Assembly (NCBI GenBank): GCA_964016885.1
Contig: OZ024748.1
Coordinates: forward strand, 51,832,001-51,896,000
Direction: 5' to 3'
Source: Eledone cirrhosa
Lineage: Eukaryota
Length of the DNA: 64,000 bases
The notes under the pieces are model-generated. The model was not told the origin of the DNA and searched no databases. It was given only the letters and a program-made list of their open reading frames with translations. This document shows, piece after piece, positions 39,269-53,454 of this stretch; position 1 is the stretch's first letter; each line of letters begins with the position of its first letter. The translations under genes and the position numbers were made by a program.

Positions 39269-39825
39269 GTAGAGAGAGAGAGAGAAAGACATCAATAAAC
39301 AACAATAATACACGATTAAAATTCAAGAAAATTTAAGAACACTTCTTACCCCTCTGACTAATCCAAGCTTTAGTAGTTTAATGAGAGCAAAGTTACAACA
39401 CAACTATAACAGAAACCACCCTTCCATAAATACATTTAAAAACAGAAAAATCATTAGCATATATATATGTGCACACGTTTCTTTGTGTGTTTATATCCGG
39501 TTCTGTGTCTGTATATTTGATTAACTTGTGTATGCCTGTATGTGTATAAATGTGTCTGTATGTGTATAAATGTGTCTGTATGTGTATAAATGGGTCTGTA
39601 TGCATTATGTGACAGCAATTTTTGTTGCCTTTCAGTATTGTCATAGCAATTGACATAATTTTTTTCCCTCTGTGTTGTATATATTCTTCCCAGTGTATGT
39701 ATGATATGAGAACATGTGCTCGTTACATACACACACTCCCTTTTACTGATTGTCCTTGTTCTATATATATATATATACATAGAGAGAGAGAGAGAGAGAA
39801 AGAGAGGAGGGTGATGATACATATG

Positions 39826-39892
<67 letters not shown>

Positions 39893-41782
39893 ATGTATGT
39901 ATATATACACGTGTATGTATGTATATATATATATATAGACAGACATCAACATCAACATCATTTAACGTCAGTTTTCTATGCTAGAAAATGTTAAACGGGT
40001 TGACCAAATATACCCGCACTCAAGTGGTATTACTGACCTTTCAGACAGGTTGAGAAGGGCTGCATCTTACATACATTCCCACATTTTACTGAGTATTCAG
40101 ATGGGCCAGAGGATAAGGTGGGGGCTGCATCACATTTACACATGTTACCGTGTTTACTCAGTGCATCTTATTATAACATGAGGATGAGCCATTGTCATGT
40201 CCTTTACACACCTGAAGAAACCTCCTCACCCTTTGTTTGGGGACATTTTCTATAGTTAGATGCCCTTCTTATCAGCAATGACTTTATGGGGTATACTGGG
40301 AGCATTTTTGTCCTTTTAACCCTTTTTGGCATGGTTCTATGGCTGAAAACCTTTCTAAAACAAATCACTTTGCAGAGTGCACATGGTGCATCTTATAGTG
40401 GCACCAGTATATTGGGGATGTAGAGTGAGAATGGTCTGGGGCATAGGTGTATCATAGGTGTAAGACAGGTTTGGTGGGGTTTGACAGATTGGTGAGAGGG
40501 TGGAGTCGATAGTGAGTAGTGTGGGTGGTGTACAGTGTTGGTGGCAGTAGTTTCTAAGGAGCAGCAGTAAGGTTGTGAGGTGATATCAGGTCACATTTTT
40601 ATGGTAGTAAGCAAATTGTCCTCATGTTACCAATCTTTAGGGTCTTTTGTCATCTATGTCAGATTTAGCTTCCTACGGTTGGTGTTCCCTATTATATTTC
40701 ATGTATTCCCATGTCTCCCTCTTCTACACGTCCATCCACTGAGATTTCTCCACATTTTCTTATACAACTATCATCATCATCATCATCCCCATTGAACTTA
40801 TATTTTCCATACTTTCATAAGTTAGACGATCTAGTCTGGTGATGATGTCTTGTTAAAATATTCCATTTCTTGCTTGATTTCTACAGCTAGGTGCCCTTCC
40901 TGATACCAACCACTTTACAGCATGTCCTGGCAGCTTGGCTTCTATGCCTGGATGCCTAACCTAACCCCAACCACTTAAGGCATATACTTGGTACATTTTA
41001 TAATGACTCCAGCATTGCCACATTACAATATGAACTGGGTGCTTTATGTATATATATATATATATATAGATTAAAAAAAACACAGTCCACGTTGTAATGT
41101 GGCCATGTAGGTAACATGGTAAAAACCTCCCAGTCCACACTGAAAATGTGGTGGGTGTTAGGAAGGGCATCCAGCCCTAAACGAGCGAGACACGGTCACC
41201 CAACCAATCTTGCCTCAAGTGGGACAATTCCCGTCTAAACCCATGCTAACGTGGAAGATAGACGTTAAACGATGATTATATATATATATATATATATATA
41301 TATAATGTTTATATATATATATATATCATCATCATCGTTTAACGTCTATCTTCCACGTTAGCATGGGTTTATTATATATATTATATATATTATATTATAT
41401 ATATAACACATATATATATATATGTATATACAACATATTTTATTATTTGTTTGACCCGAATAGCTTGTTTGCTTCTATGGCTTCGCAGTTAATGGTTTAA
41501 CCATCGTCTCAGTGTGTTTGGCCTTTTAACGTATGTTTTTGCTCTAGTTCACTCGTTTCTATTGAGCGCTTGCCACACATTTTGGAAGTTGTTTTTTGCT
41601 AATTTCCAATAGCCGAAATGCGATTCTTGCTAATCTATATTGTATTAATCTCCAGAGTCTAGCTATTAACCAGTTAAATTTTTTGATTTTTTTTTATATA
41701 TATATTTATTAAATAACAGATTAAAGTTTAAGCAAAGAATCGCTGCTTTCACCCTTAACGGATCTTAGTCTTCACATTTATT

Positions 41783-41970
41783 ATTGGCAGTATCAGTAGA
41801 GAGTCGGACGCCATGCTTTGCAGCAAAGAGTTACGGCCCTTTATGGTCCGAGTTCAAATCCCGCCAAGGTTAACTTTGCCTTTCATCCTTACGGGGTCGA
41901 TAAAATAAAGTACCAGTAATACACTGGGAAAATTGCTGGCCTTGTGCCAAAAGTAGAAACAATTATTATT
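41783..41970 (+). mobile_element. SINE family A
   Basis: High identity to 8338-8535. Confidence 0.9.
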
Positions 41971-41976
41971 ACTATA

Positions 41977-42013
<37 letters not shown>

Positions 42014-42391
42014 GTTTATGTACACACACGCACACACACACATATATATATGGTTGAAGGCATGTATGTTTATATACATATATTCACTCATGAACCAGGA
42101 TTTAAATCCAAAGGTATGGAAGAAAAGAGAATATAATTAAAAAAACAATATCAGTAAAAAATGAGGAAACACTCCTAGAAGAATGTTTTAAATAGACATC
42201 TGTCTTTAAAGGAGAGACTGTTCAAATGGTCGGTTCACATGTGTGTGAATGTGTGTGAGCATGTGTGTATATGTATCTATATATATGTATACATGTAGTC
42301 GTGTAATCCCTTCAATAGTTAATATTATTAAAAAGGTCAAAATGAGAGGTGAATTGACACTAATGGTAAGAAATTGTCTGCATACCAATGT

Positions 42392-42725
42392 ATCATCATC
42401 ATCATCATTTCATTTTACGTCTGCTTTTTCCCTGCTTGCAAGGGTGGGACGGGAACTGATGCTGGCTTGATTTCTACAGCTGGATGCCCTTCCTAACACC
42501 AACCTCATTTACAGTGAGTGCCGGGTGCTTTTTTTTGCCGTGGCACCTCCACGACCACTTTGCAGTGGAATGATATGGACCCCAGTCCCTATCATCTCAT
42601 TTCTACAGCTGAGTAAAATAAAGTGTCTTGCTCAAGGAAACAACACATCACCTGGTCTGAGAATTGAACTCACAACCTTTCGATTGCAAGGCCAATGCTC
42701 TAACCACTAAGCCATGTGCCTCCAT
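42392..42725 (-). mobile_element. RTE-tailed tRNA SINE
   Basis: Homologous to 2481-2877. Confidence 0.85.
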
Positions 42726-42840
42726 ATACTTTGGGAGGGTCATGTTGCCAATAAGAAACACATGCAAAGTATAACAATATCGGTCTCAACACACGTTTTC
42801 AGTTAAAGAATCTTGCTAAACAAATTCCGAAACGAAATAT

Positions 42841-42880
<40 letters not shown>

Positions 42881-43409
42881 GAGTGGTTGTGTAAGTATCA
42901 TGGCAAAAAGCAACCAATACACACTGAAAATGTGGTTGGCATTGGGGAGGGCATCAAGCCATAGAAACCAAACCAGAATGAGTTCTGTATGAGCAAGACA
43001 TGGTCACCCGATCTTTGAAAAAAGAAAAATCGATGTTTCTTTTTGTTTGTCTTATGTGTTCCATTTTTCCATGTCCAACTTTGCCTATACATACATACAT
43101 ATATATATAACACATTTCTCTTCAGGAAACTATCTTTTCTTATATATTTTTTTTAAATATATAAAAAAAGGATATATGTACATACATATGTATACATAGA
43201 TGCTCTAGGGTAAAAGCAGAAATTCTTTGCTCAAAATTTTAATCTGTACTAATAATACATATAGATGTGTGTGCGTGTGTGTGAATGTATAAATCTCCAT
43301 ATACCTGTGTGTTTGTACATATTTGATACAACCACATAGTTACTTCTTATATATATATATATATATATAATAGTAGAATACTGGTGAGTTATATCCATAG
43401 TAATTACTA

Positions 43410-43742
43410 TGGATATATATATGTATATTTATATATATATATATGTATATATATGTATATATATGTATATGTATATATATGTATGTATATGTATATATAT
43501 ATGTATGTATATATATATATATATATATATGTATAAGTATATATGTATATGTATATATATGTATATATATATATATGTATATATATGTATATATATGTAT
43601 ATGTATATATATATATATGTATGTATATGTATATATATGTATGTATATGAATATATATATATATGTATATGTATACATATGTATGTATATGTATGTATAT
43701 GTATATATATGTATATATATGTATATATATGTACATATATTT
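43410..43742. repeat. (TA/TG)n microsatellite
   Basis: Direct inspection. Confidence 0.9.
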
Positions 43743-43889
43743 ATAAACTCACACAAACTACTTCAACACGGGGTGTGGCCCAATTTTGAGGTTTAGTTGA
43801 TTGTGGTATTGTTTGTTTGTTTTTGCCCACTGACAAAACTTGTTTGACTGGTCTAGTATACAGACTAGACACATGGCTTTGTAGATGTA

Positions 43890-45560
43890 ATGAGAGAGGG
43901 GTGGGAGGTAATGAGGGGTGGGAGGGGGATAGGAAGTGAGAGAGAGAGAGGATGAGGAGAGAGAGGATGAGGAGAGAGAGAGAGTGAGGAAAAGGAGAGA
44001 GAGAGAGGAAAAGGAGAGAGAGAGTGAGGAGGAGGAGAGAGAGAGAGAGTGAGGAGGAGGAGAGAGAGAGAGAGTGAGGAAGAGGAGAGAGAGAGTGAGG
44101 AAGAGGAGAGAGAGAGTGAGGAAGAGGAGAGAGAGAGAGAGTGAGGAAGAGGAGAGAGAGAGAGTGAGGAAGAGGAGAGAGAGAGAGTGAGGAAGAGGAG
44201 AGAGAGAGAGTGAGGAAGAGGAGAGAGAGAGAGTGAGGAAGAGGAGAGAGAGAGAGAGTGAGGAATAGGAGAGAGAGAGTGAGGAAAAGGAGAGAGAGAG
44301 TGAGGAGGAGGAGAGAGAGAGTGAGGAGGAGGAGAGAGAGAGTGAGGAGGAGGAGAGAGAGAGTGAGGAGGAGGAGAGAGAGAGTGAGGAGGAGGAGAGA
44401 GGGGGGTAAAGAGATGAGAGGATGAGAGGAAAAGGAGAAGAAAGGGACAGGATGAGAGGAAAAAGAGAAGAAAGGGACAGGAAGAGAGGGAAAGGAGAAG
44501 AAAGGGAGTGGATGAGAGGGAAAGGAGAAGGGGGTGGATGAGGGGGAAAGGAGAAGGGGGGGGTGGATGAGAGGAGAAGGGGGGGGGGGTGGATGAGAGG
44601 GAAAGGAGAAGAAAGGGAGAGGATGAGAGGGAGAGGATGTGAGGGAAAGTAGAAGGGGAGAGGATGAGAGGGAAAGGAGAAAGGGGGTGGATGAGAGGGA
44701 AAGGAGGAGAAAGGGGGTGGATGAGAGGGAAAGGAGAAGAAAGGGAGAGGATGAGAGGGAAAGGAGAAGAAAGGGAGAGGATGAGAGGGAAAGGAGAAGA
44801 AAGGGAGAGGATGAGAGGGAAAGGAGAAGAAAGGGAGAGGATGTGAGGGAAAGTAGAAGGGTAGAGGATGAGAGGGAAAGTAGAAGGGTAGAGGATGAGA
44901 GGGAAAGGAGAAGAAAGGGAGAGGATGAGAGGGAAAGGAGAAGAAAGGGAGAGGATGAGAGGGAAAGGGAGAGGATGAGAGGGAAAGGAAAAGGGGAGAG
45001 GATGAGAGGAAAAGGAGAATAAGGGGAGAGGATGAGAGAGAAAGGAGAAGGGGAGAGAAAGGAGAAGGGGAGAGAAAGGAGAAGGGGAGAGGATGAGAGG
45101 GAAAGGAGAAGAAAGGGAGAGGATGAGAGGGAGAGGATGAGAGGGATAGGAGAAGAAGGGGAAAGGATGAGAGGGAAAGGAGAAGGGAAGAGGATGAGAG
45201 GGAAAGGAGAAGAAGGGGAGAGGGTGAGAGGGAAAGGAGAAGAAGGGGAGAGGATGAGAGGGAAAGGAGAAGAAGGGGAAAGGATGAGAGGGAAAGGAGA
45301 AGGGGAAAGGATGAGGGAAAGGAGAAGGGGAAAGGATGAGAGGGAAAGGAGAAGGGGAGAGGATGAGAGGGAAAGGAGAAGAAGGGGAAAGGATGAGAGG
45401 GGGAAAGGATGAGAGGGAAAGGATGAGAGGGAAAGGATGAGAGGGAAAGGAGAAGAAGGGGAAAGGATGAGAGGGAAAGGAGAAGAAGGGGAGAGGAATG
45501 AGAGGGAAAGGAGAAGAAGGGGAGAGGATGAGAGGGAAAGGGAGAGGCAAAGAGGAGAAT
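43890..45560. repeat. ~1.65-kb polypurine (GA-rich) minisatellite tract
   Basis: Units gagtgaggaRgagga(ga)n then ggatgagagggaaaggagaagaa... Confidence 0.95.
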
Positions 45561-48039
45561 AAGAAAATGATGATCTGTAGAAAGAGGATGAGAAGGAAGG
45601 AGGAAGGTCTATTGGTAAAGTGAGTAATAATTCTGTGAGAGGAGGAGGAGGAGGAGGGGGATAAAGGTGTAAGTCAAGGAAACAGATTTAGTGATTGCAT
45701 ATGTGTACGTAGGTATGTATGTGTTTGTCTGTGTATGTAGATATGTATGTGTTTATGTCTATATGTGTGTATGTATGTGTATGTATGTATGTATGCGTAT
45801 GTGTTTGTATGTGTGTGTGTGTGTATGTGTGTACGTGTGTATGTGTATGTGTGTGTACGTGTGTATGTGTGTATGTACATATGTATGTGTATGTATGTCT
45901 ATGTATGTGTATGTATGTGTATGTATGTGTGTGTGTATGTATGTGTGTATGAGTGTATGTACATATGTATGTGTATGTGTGTGTATGTATGTGTATGTAT
46001 GTGTGTGTGTATGTGTGTGTATATGTATGTATGTGCATTGATGGTTGGCCATCTTGTAGATGGTGTATATTTTACAGATGAGTATAAGTGGAATAAGTAC
46101 AATACTTTAAGTATAACAGAATCATTAGTTTGGTGGAGGGCATCCAGCTGTAGAGGGAGGGCATCACACTGTAGAATAATACCTCAAAATATCTCAGCCA
46201 GCCCATGCCAATATTGAAAAGCAAATATAATTGTTTTCTGTGCAGACGACATGTCAATAAAATGACTATACATCAATATGTAGGGGGGAATTGATTATGA
46301 AGATCCCGGAGCTCATTCACTTACCAAGTGGGGTGGAACTCAGCAAATTGGACCAAGGAAACAATGTTTTCATTGATCTTTCTATTGCTGATTATATCTA
46401 CCAGTTGCAACTCCTGGCAGAAAGAGCATTGTAAAATAAAATGCCTTGCTCAAGGACATAACGGATCGCCCGGTCTGGGAATCGAACTCACAACCTCACA
46501 ATTATGACTCCAACTCTCTAACCCCTAAGCCACATGCGTAGAGTGTGTATTAATTCATTAAGTACTAATTTCCTTAAATTTGTACAAGTGTTTCAATATA
46601 ATAGTAATATTCCAAAGGTGTAATGTCAAAGATTTTTATAGCAGTGTGTATATATATATATATATATATATTTATTTATTTTGGAAAAAATAAAGAATGT
46701 AAAAAATAAATGAAAAACTGAAAATATATATAATAGAAAAAAAAAAAAAAAAATTAAAAAAATCTTATTTATATCAAGGAATATCGAGAATGAATACCAT
46801 AAAATTAAGCATCAGATTGAATTTATGTTAAGAGGGAGAAAGATGATAAAGCTGGACAGCCAATGAAGGAGAAAATAGAGAGAGACCATTATAAAACATT
46901 TGATTGACGGTATTTGAATATTAAAATGTATTTAGAAGGTTAAGTATTACAATGCAATTATTTGGACAGAACAAATTTTTAAAAAATAAGCTTTAGCTGT
47001 CGAATTTTTAAAGAATTGTCTTGGTCTATTGATGGAGATGTAGAAGAATAAGGAAATCAAAATAATAAAAATGCTATGAATTTTACTGGATTATTCACAG
47101 TTCCTAGGATAAATCATAGTAGAAGAAATAAATCTATAACAAAATGTAAAATGGATTAATTGTTGATCCAATGAACATGGACATTAAATTGCAAAAAAAA
47201 ATATATATATAGGGAGGCAATCTGTTCCTATAGTCATCAAGTTTAAAGCTATCATATTAGAGAAGTACTTTGAGAAAGGGAGCTTAAAAGAAATGGAAAA
47301 TAAATGACAATAAACTAGGTGAATAATATTTTGTTCATTTAGTTTAAAGATGGAAACAACATTATATTCAAAAGACATTGTACTCTGAAAATATTAAAAT
47401 CTGTAAATTCAACTCGTGTGTATTCTGATCACAGAGAAGAGAAATATATTAATCAAGTTATAAGTGAATTCAAGGTGGAAGAAAGTTTAAAATGAAAATA
47501 AAAAAGCTCAAGATTATAAAAGAAAATATATAAATAAAATATACTAAGTAAATTTATCATACATACTTTTATGTTATTGTAGTTCAACCAACAACCTTGT
47601 ATTGTATTCCCTGAAAGTATATAAAAAAGAACTATTTAAAATTCATTTGACTGATTGGAAAGGAAAAGGTTTTTGTTCATACTTCACAGTGCTACTTTTG
47701 CATGAGGTATAATCCAAGGGGGTGGAATTAAAAACAGTGTACACACACACACACACATCTGGTGGACCATTTTGCTGAAAACTCGAGGGACATACGACTT
47801 CGCATAGGTACCTGTTGCTCATCATTTCCATTCCCCAGACTAATAGAAAATGAAGACTCTGAATGTAAGAGATTTTCAAAGAAAATTGAATTGATAGTTT
47901 TTATCCATAGAGTTGGTTGCTAGCTTCTGCTATCTAGGTGACCTAATTAGCAGTGGAGGTGGGTGCTTCAGGAGCATAGATACTATAAACAGGTTGGAGA
48001 GCTACTACATCTGTTGGTAGCAAAAGATTTCTCCCTACG

Positions 48040-48540
48040 AACAAAAGGTCAGTTGAAGGCTCCATGGTAGAGAAACATGAGCATTGACTACAGAGGATAT
48101 GAGAAGGTCTGGAGAGAAATGAACTGAGGATGCTTTGATGAATGGGCAATGTTAATGTGAGTGAGCAAGAAAGCATAACACATTTCAGATTTTATGTACA
48201 GGAAAGAAGACTGCATTCGTATGGACATGTGAGATGCATATGGCTGATGATGATTGGGTGAAGAAATGACAAGAAATACCAGTAGAGGATGACTAAGGAA
48301 GGTCTGGAGAGAAGTCACAGTAGAGGATGACTAAGGAAGGCCTGGAGAGAAGTCACAGTAGAGGATGACTAAGGAAGGTCTGGAGAGAAGTCACAGTAGA
48401 GGATGACTAAGGAAGGTCTGGGCAGAAGTTGTGAAAGCTGCTCTCAAATTGTTGAAGATCATAAAAAGATGACAAAGGATCATGACAGGTGGATAAATGC
48501 TGTGGTGAACAGCAGATATAAAATGATGATGATGATGATG
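48040..48540 (+). mobile_element. Degenerate RTE LINE 3' fragment with internal 38-bp tandem repeat
   Basis: catggtagagaaacatg (HG.ETW-like), tatggacatgtg (YGHV), (GAT)n tail; repeat 48280-48429. Confidence 0.7.
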
Positions 48541-49599
48541 ATTATATATATTTATATATAGTTATGCCATGCTAACAATCACTTGACTGATGTTTAAGAA
48601 AGCACAATATATATTGGACCATTCTAGGTTCTCCTCAAGAAATTGCTTTCTGAGAGGTGATCCAGACCTGGGTTAACAATGTACTGCGTAGAATATAATG
48701 AATGAGTTGGAACATATTTAGAAGCAGCTTTTGCATACGGCACATTTATATTAAAGAACAATTTCATATAAATGTTTCTTCAATTAAAAAACATCTGGAT
48801 ATCATGATCACCATCAAAGTCACCAACTGGAATGTTGGAAGTGTAGGGATTAGGGCAGCTATTTATATTAATAAATTAAATACCACTAACAACAATAGAC
48901 ATGAGTTACACAATGCTATTTGTCTACCACAACACTAAAAACATGTACATTTGTGACAAATCATTGCAGATCAAAGTAAAAGTTAATCATTTTCTCTTAA
49001 TAAAGGCTTTTAAAACTAAAATATTGAAAGACAAGTTTAAAAGTAAACCATTATATCATTTTGCTTTTGTTTTCAAACATGAATTGTAGTGGCTTTTCAA
49101 AATACTTTATATATATATATATATATATGGTCCTGTAGAAGTTATCTATGTGTATATATATATATATATATATGTGTGTGAGTCATCATCATCATCATCG
49201 TTTAACGTCCATCTTCCACGCTTGCATGGGTTTGGACGGGAGTTTTCCCACTTGAGGCAAGATTTGTTGTCTTGCTCTGGACTGTCTGGCGGGTTTTCTA
49301 CGGCTGGATGCCGTTCCTAACACCAACCACGTTTACAGTGTGGACTGGGAGGTTTTTACCGTGTTACCTACACGTGTATATATATATATATATGTATATA
49401 GTCCTGTTGAAGTGCGTGCATGTGACATCTTCAGAACTAAGAACGTTTTGTATGAATGTAACAGTTCTAGTTCTGTAGATGCTATCCCTAGATAAAATAA
49501 AGATATATGTACTCTGACAATGCTTAAAGTAACTTTTTTAACTGCAGTCACTTCCCAATACCCACCAGGAATCCACCCATATATATATGAGAGGAACGA

Positions 49600-49812
49600 T
49601 CAACTTTCCTCAAATCGGACCGAGGGAACAATGTTTCCATTGGTCTTTCAAATTGCTAATACTATCTATCGGTCGCAACTCCAGGTAGAAGGAGCAACGG
49701 GAAATAAAGTGTCTTGCTCAAGGACATAACGCATCGCCTGGTCCAGGAATCGAACTCACAACCTTGCGATTGCGAATCCAATTCTCTAACCACTCAGCCA
49801 CACGCCTTCACT
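49600..49812 (-). mobile_element. tRNA-headed SINE, tail type 4 (also 46360-46538 - and 35640-35820 +)
   Basis: Shared head plus cttctacctggagttgcgaccgatag...caatggaaacattgtt. Confidence 0.75.
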
Positions 49813-50072
49813 ATATATATATATATATATTAAATAGATCTCTGTCTATCTTGATAAATAAGTAAGAGTCATTTGATTAACTGGACTGTTTAGTCATTGA
49901 ATTATATTGTGGGTTTCTATTTCAGACACTGGATTGAACCAAAAACCTTGTGATTCCATATAACACTTCTTAACCATTTACCCAAAACAGCATTGTGCAT
50001 GTGTATGAGTATATGTATGAGTATGTATGTGTATGCGAGTGTGTGTGTGTGTGTGCATATATAAATGTATAT

Positions 50073-50367
50073 GTGAAGGCGCATGGCTTAGTGGTTAGAG
50101 CATTAAGCTTGCAATCGAAAGGTTGTGAGTTCAATTCTCGGACCGGGTGATGTGTTGTTTCCTTGAGCAACACACTTTATTTCACGTTGCTCCAGTTTAC
50201 TCAGCTGAAAAGAGTTCCAGCAATAGCTGGAGGTTTAACCCTGCGATGGACTGGTGTCCTGTCCAGGGTGGGGGGGGAGTCTTGTACTCTCAGTCGCTTC
50301 ACGCCATGAAACCAGGATAAGCACCGGCCAAATGAACCTTCTGATTCAAGACAGACTTTAGACTTTT
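50073..50367 (+). mobile_element. tRNA-headed SINE, tail type 5 with V-SINE-like domain
   Basis: tggcttagtggttagag A box, gagttcaattc B box, ccttgagcaa domain, then ccctgcgatggactggtgtcctgtccagggtg. Confidence 0.8.
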
Positions 50368-50385
50368 TAGATATATGTATACTTT

Positions 50386-50435
<50 letters not shown>

Positions 50436-51554
50436 CACATGCACACAAAAATATATTTATATATGCACATTCATGCACATATAAATATATATATATATAT
50501 ATGTACACACATGTATATACACAAAAACAATCAAACAAGCACATATATCTACACTACATACACACATATGTATGTTTACATATTTATATTATAATAATAA
50601 TTATAATAAAATAATAAGGAGCAGGTACAAAGTATCAGTATAACATCATTATATATATATAATATATGTATCAAACATATATATATATATAAAACATATA
50701 TATATTTGTACGTATATATATTGACACAAACTACACAAACCTAGATACACATCAACTCCAACCTTTATAATATTATTGTGTTATATCCGCTTTTCAAAGT
50801 ATTTCCTACAGATGATATAATATTATACAGGAAGAGCAAAGATTTAGAGACACCAATAGACATAAACATAATAGACTGCATTATTATAAAAGTCATTTAG
50901 TTCTTTAATTCTTACCGAACCGAACATGTCTTTGTAATTAGCAAAAATTATTTAGATTTGATTCCACACAAAAACAACGAAAAACACTGATAAAGAGAAA
51001 TTCTAATCTCTTAAATTTCTTTATTTTTCTTCAATCAAATATCATGATGCAATCGGATGTGTATGAATATGTATGTGTGTTTATGTGTGTGTTTGTGTGT
51101 GTGTGTGTGTATGTATGTGTTTATGTGTGTTTACGTGTGTTTGTTTGATTGTGTGTTTGTGTGATTGTGTGTGTGTATGTGTGTGTTTGTGTGATTGTGT
51201 GATTGTCTGTGTGTGTGTGATTGTGTGCTTGAGTGCTTGTGTGTATGTATTTGTGTGTTTGTGTGCTTGTGCGTGTGTCTTTGTGTGTTTGTGTGATTGT
51301 GTGTATGTGTGCATGCAGTTATGTATGTGTATAGATGTATGATGATATATGTGTGTGAGTGTATATATGTGTGTGAGTGTATATATGTGTGAGCGTATGC
51401 GTATGAGTGTATATGCGAGTATACATGTGATTATATAAGTATGTATATGTGTCTATGTATGTAAAAATTAACAAATACATACACACACACACATATACAT
51501 GTACACAAACACAACTTAAATATATAGAGATGAGATAGAGGCAAAACACATACA

Positions 51555-51555
51555 A

Positions 51556-51597
<42 letters not shown>

Positions 51598-51787
51598 TTG
51601 TATGTGTGTGTATATATTTGTTAATTTTTACATACATAGACAGGCATACATACATATATATATATGTATATATATACATATATATGTATATATATGTATA
51701 TATAGATATATATGTATATATATATACTTACGTAATATATATGTATATAGGTAAATAATATATATGTATATATATATACATATATGT

Positions 51788-51854
<67 letters not shown>

Positions 51855-51866
51855 TATATGTATATA

Positions 51867-51939
<73 letters not shown>

Positions 51940-51947
51940 GTATATAA

Positions 51948-51979
<32 letters not shown>

Positions 51980-52011
51980 GTATATATATGTATATATATA
52001 TATGGATATAA

Positions 52012-52043
<32 letters not shown>

Positions 52044-52541
52044 GTATATATATGTATATATATATATGTATATATATATGTATATATATATATATGTATA
52101 TATATATGTATATATATATATATATATAGGTATACATATATATACATATATGTATATACATATATATATACATATATACATATGCATATATATATATATA
52201 TACATATATATATACATACATATATATACATATATATATAAATATATATGTACATATATGTATATTTAAAGAAATAACACAAACACAAAGGGATATATAT
52301 AAATGCATTTTAAATAAATCTGTTTATATATACAAAAATATTAAAACTAACAGACAAATGTATGTATATAATATATACATTTTATTTTCTTTATACACAA
52401 ACAAACATACAACACACATCCACATCTTTAATTTAAACAATATATTACTGTTATATTTTTTCAACACACAATCAATGAATATATGTATATATACAAATTA
52501 TATATGTGTGTGTGTGTGTACATATATATATATATGTACAT

Positions 52542-52611
<70 letters not shown>

Positions 52612-52616
52612 CTATA

Positions 52617-52648
<32 letters not shown>

Positions 52649-52760
52649 CATATGTGTATATATATATATATACATATATATATATACACATATGTGTGTA
52701 TATATATATGTATATACATATATGTGTGTATATATATATATATGTGTGTGTGTGTATGTA
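51555..52760. repeat. (TA)n-rich microsatellite blocks
   Basis: Direct inspection. Confidence 0.95.
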
Positions 52761-52959
52761 AAAGGTAAACAGAAATAACAACTTCATCAGTGCCAACCAC
52801 ATCTAGACATTTATATTTGCTTCACATATGTGAATGTGTGAGAGAGAAAGAGAAACCAAGAGAGGGTCAAAGAAACCAAGGTAGGTATGACAGTCTGGCT
52901 AAGAATTTCACTTCACAACCATTTGGTTGTTGGTTCAACATCACCAAATGGAAACTTAA

Positions 52960-53173
52960 CCCTTTAGCATTTACAGTACTCTCTATATACAATTATATTT
53001 TTGCGGTAAAGTCTTTGCCTCACATAAATACCTCACATAGTATCGAATCTATGAGATTTTGAAATTATTTATTTTGTGAACAATAACTTAAAATCAGTAT
53101 GATTGGCCAGTTAAAACCAGTTTGATCAGGAAGAGGTGAGAGAATTCTGGCTAGATGTGTCCGGTTTAAAGGG
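52960..53173 (+). mobile_element. piggyBac-type MITE
   Basis: TTAA|CCCTTTAGCATTTA start; internal homology to 33945-34146; right TIR partly deleted. Confidence 0.75.
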
Positions 53174-53253
53174 TTGAACTACCACAGAACAATACCCTCT
53201 GAGTGAATTTGGCAAATGAAAATACTAAGAAAAACCCTTTGTGTGCTGGTATA

Positions 53254-53300
<47 letters not shown>

Positions 53301-53454
53301 ATTTCTCACGAATGAAACAGTTCTAATCTGGTAGAAGACATTTCTGTAATAAAACGGATATGCCTACATGCCACTAACCTATTGAGTACCTTTTTTAACG
53401 GTGGTCACCAAGCATGGATGTGTTGAGAGAGAAACTGTGTCTAAGAGAGATAAA

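Noticed and set aside
43865-45550. 561-aa P/S/L/F-rich ORF
   Set aside because: Stop-free only because the strand is a polypyrimidine repeat; no domain features
48800-48860. IKVTNWNVGSV resembling an APE endonuclease N-terminus
   Set aside because: Too short, with no downstream endonuclease motifs; cannot be supported by eye
50073-50145. tRNA gene
   Set aside because: A and B boxes are present but there is no acceptor stem or cloverleaf, and it continues into a SINE body; the same holds for other SINE heads
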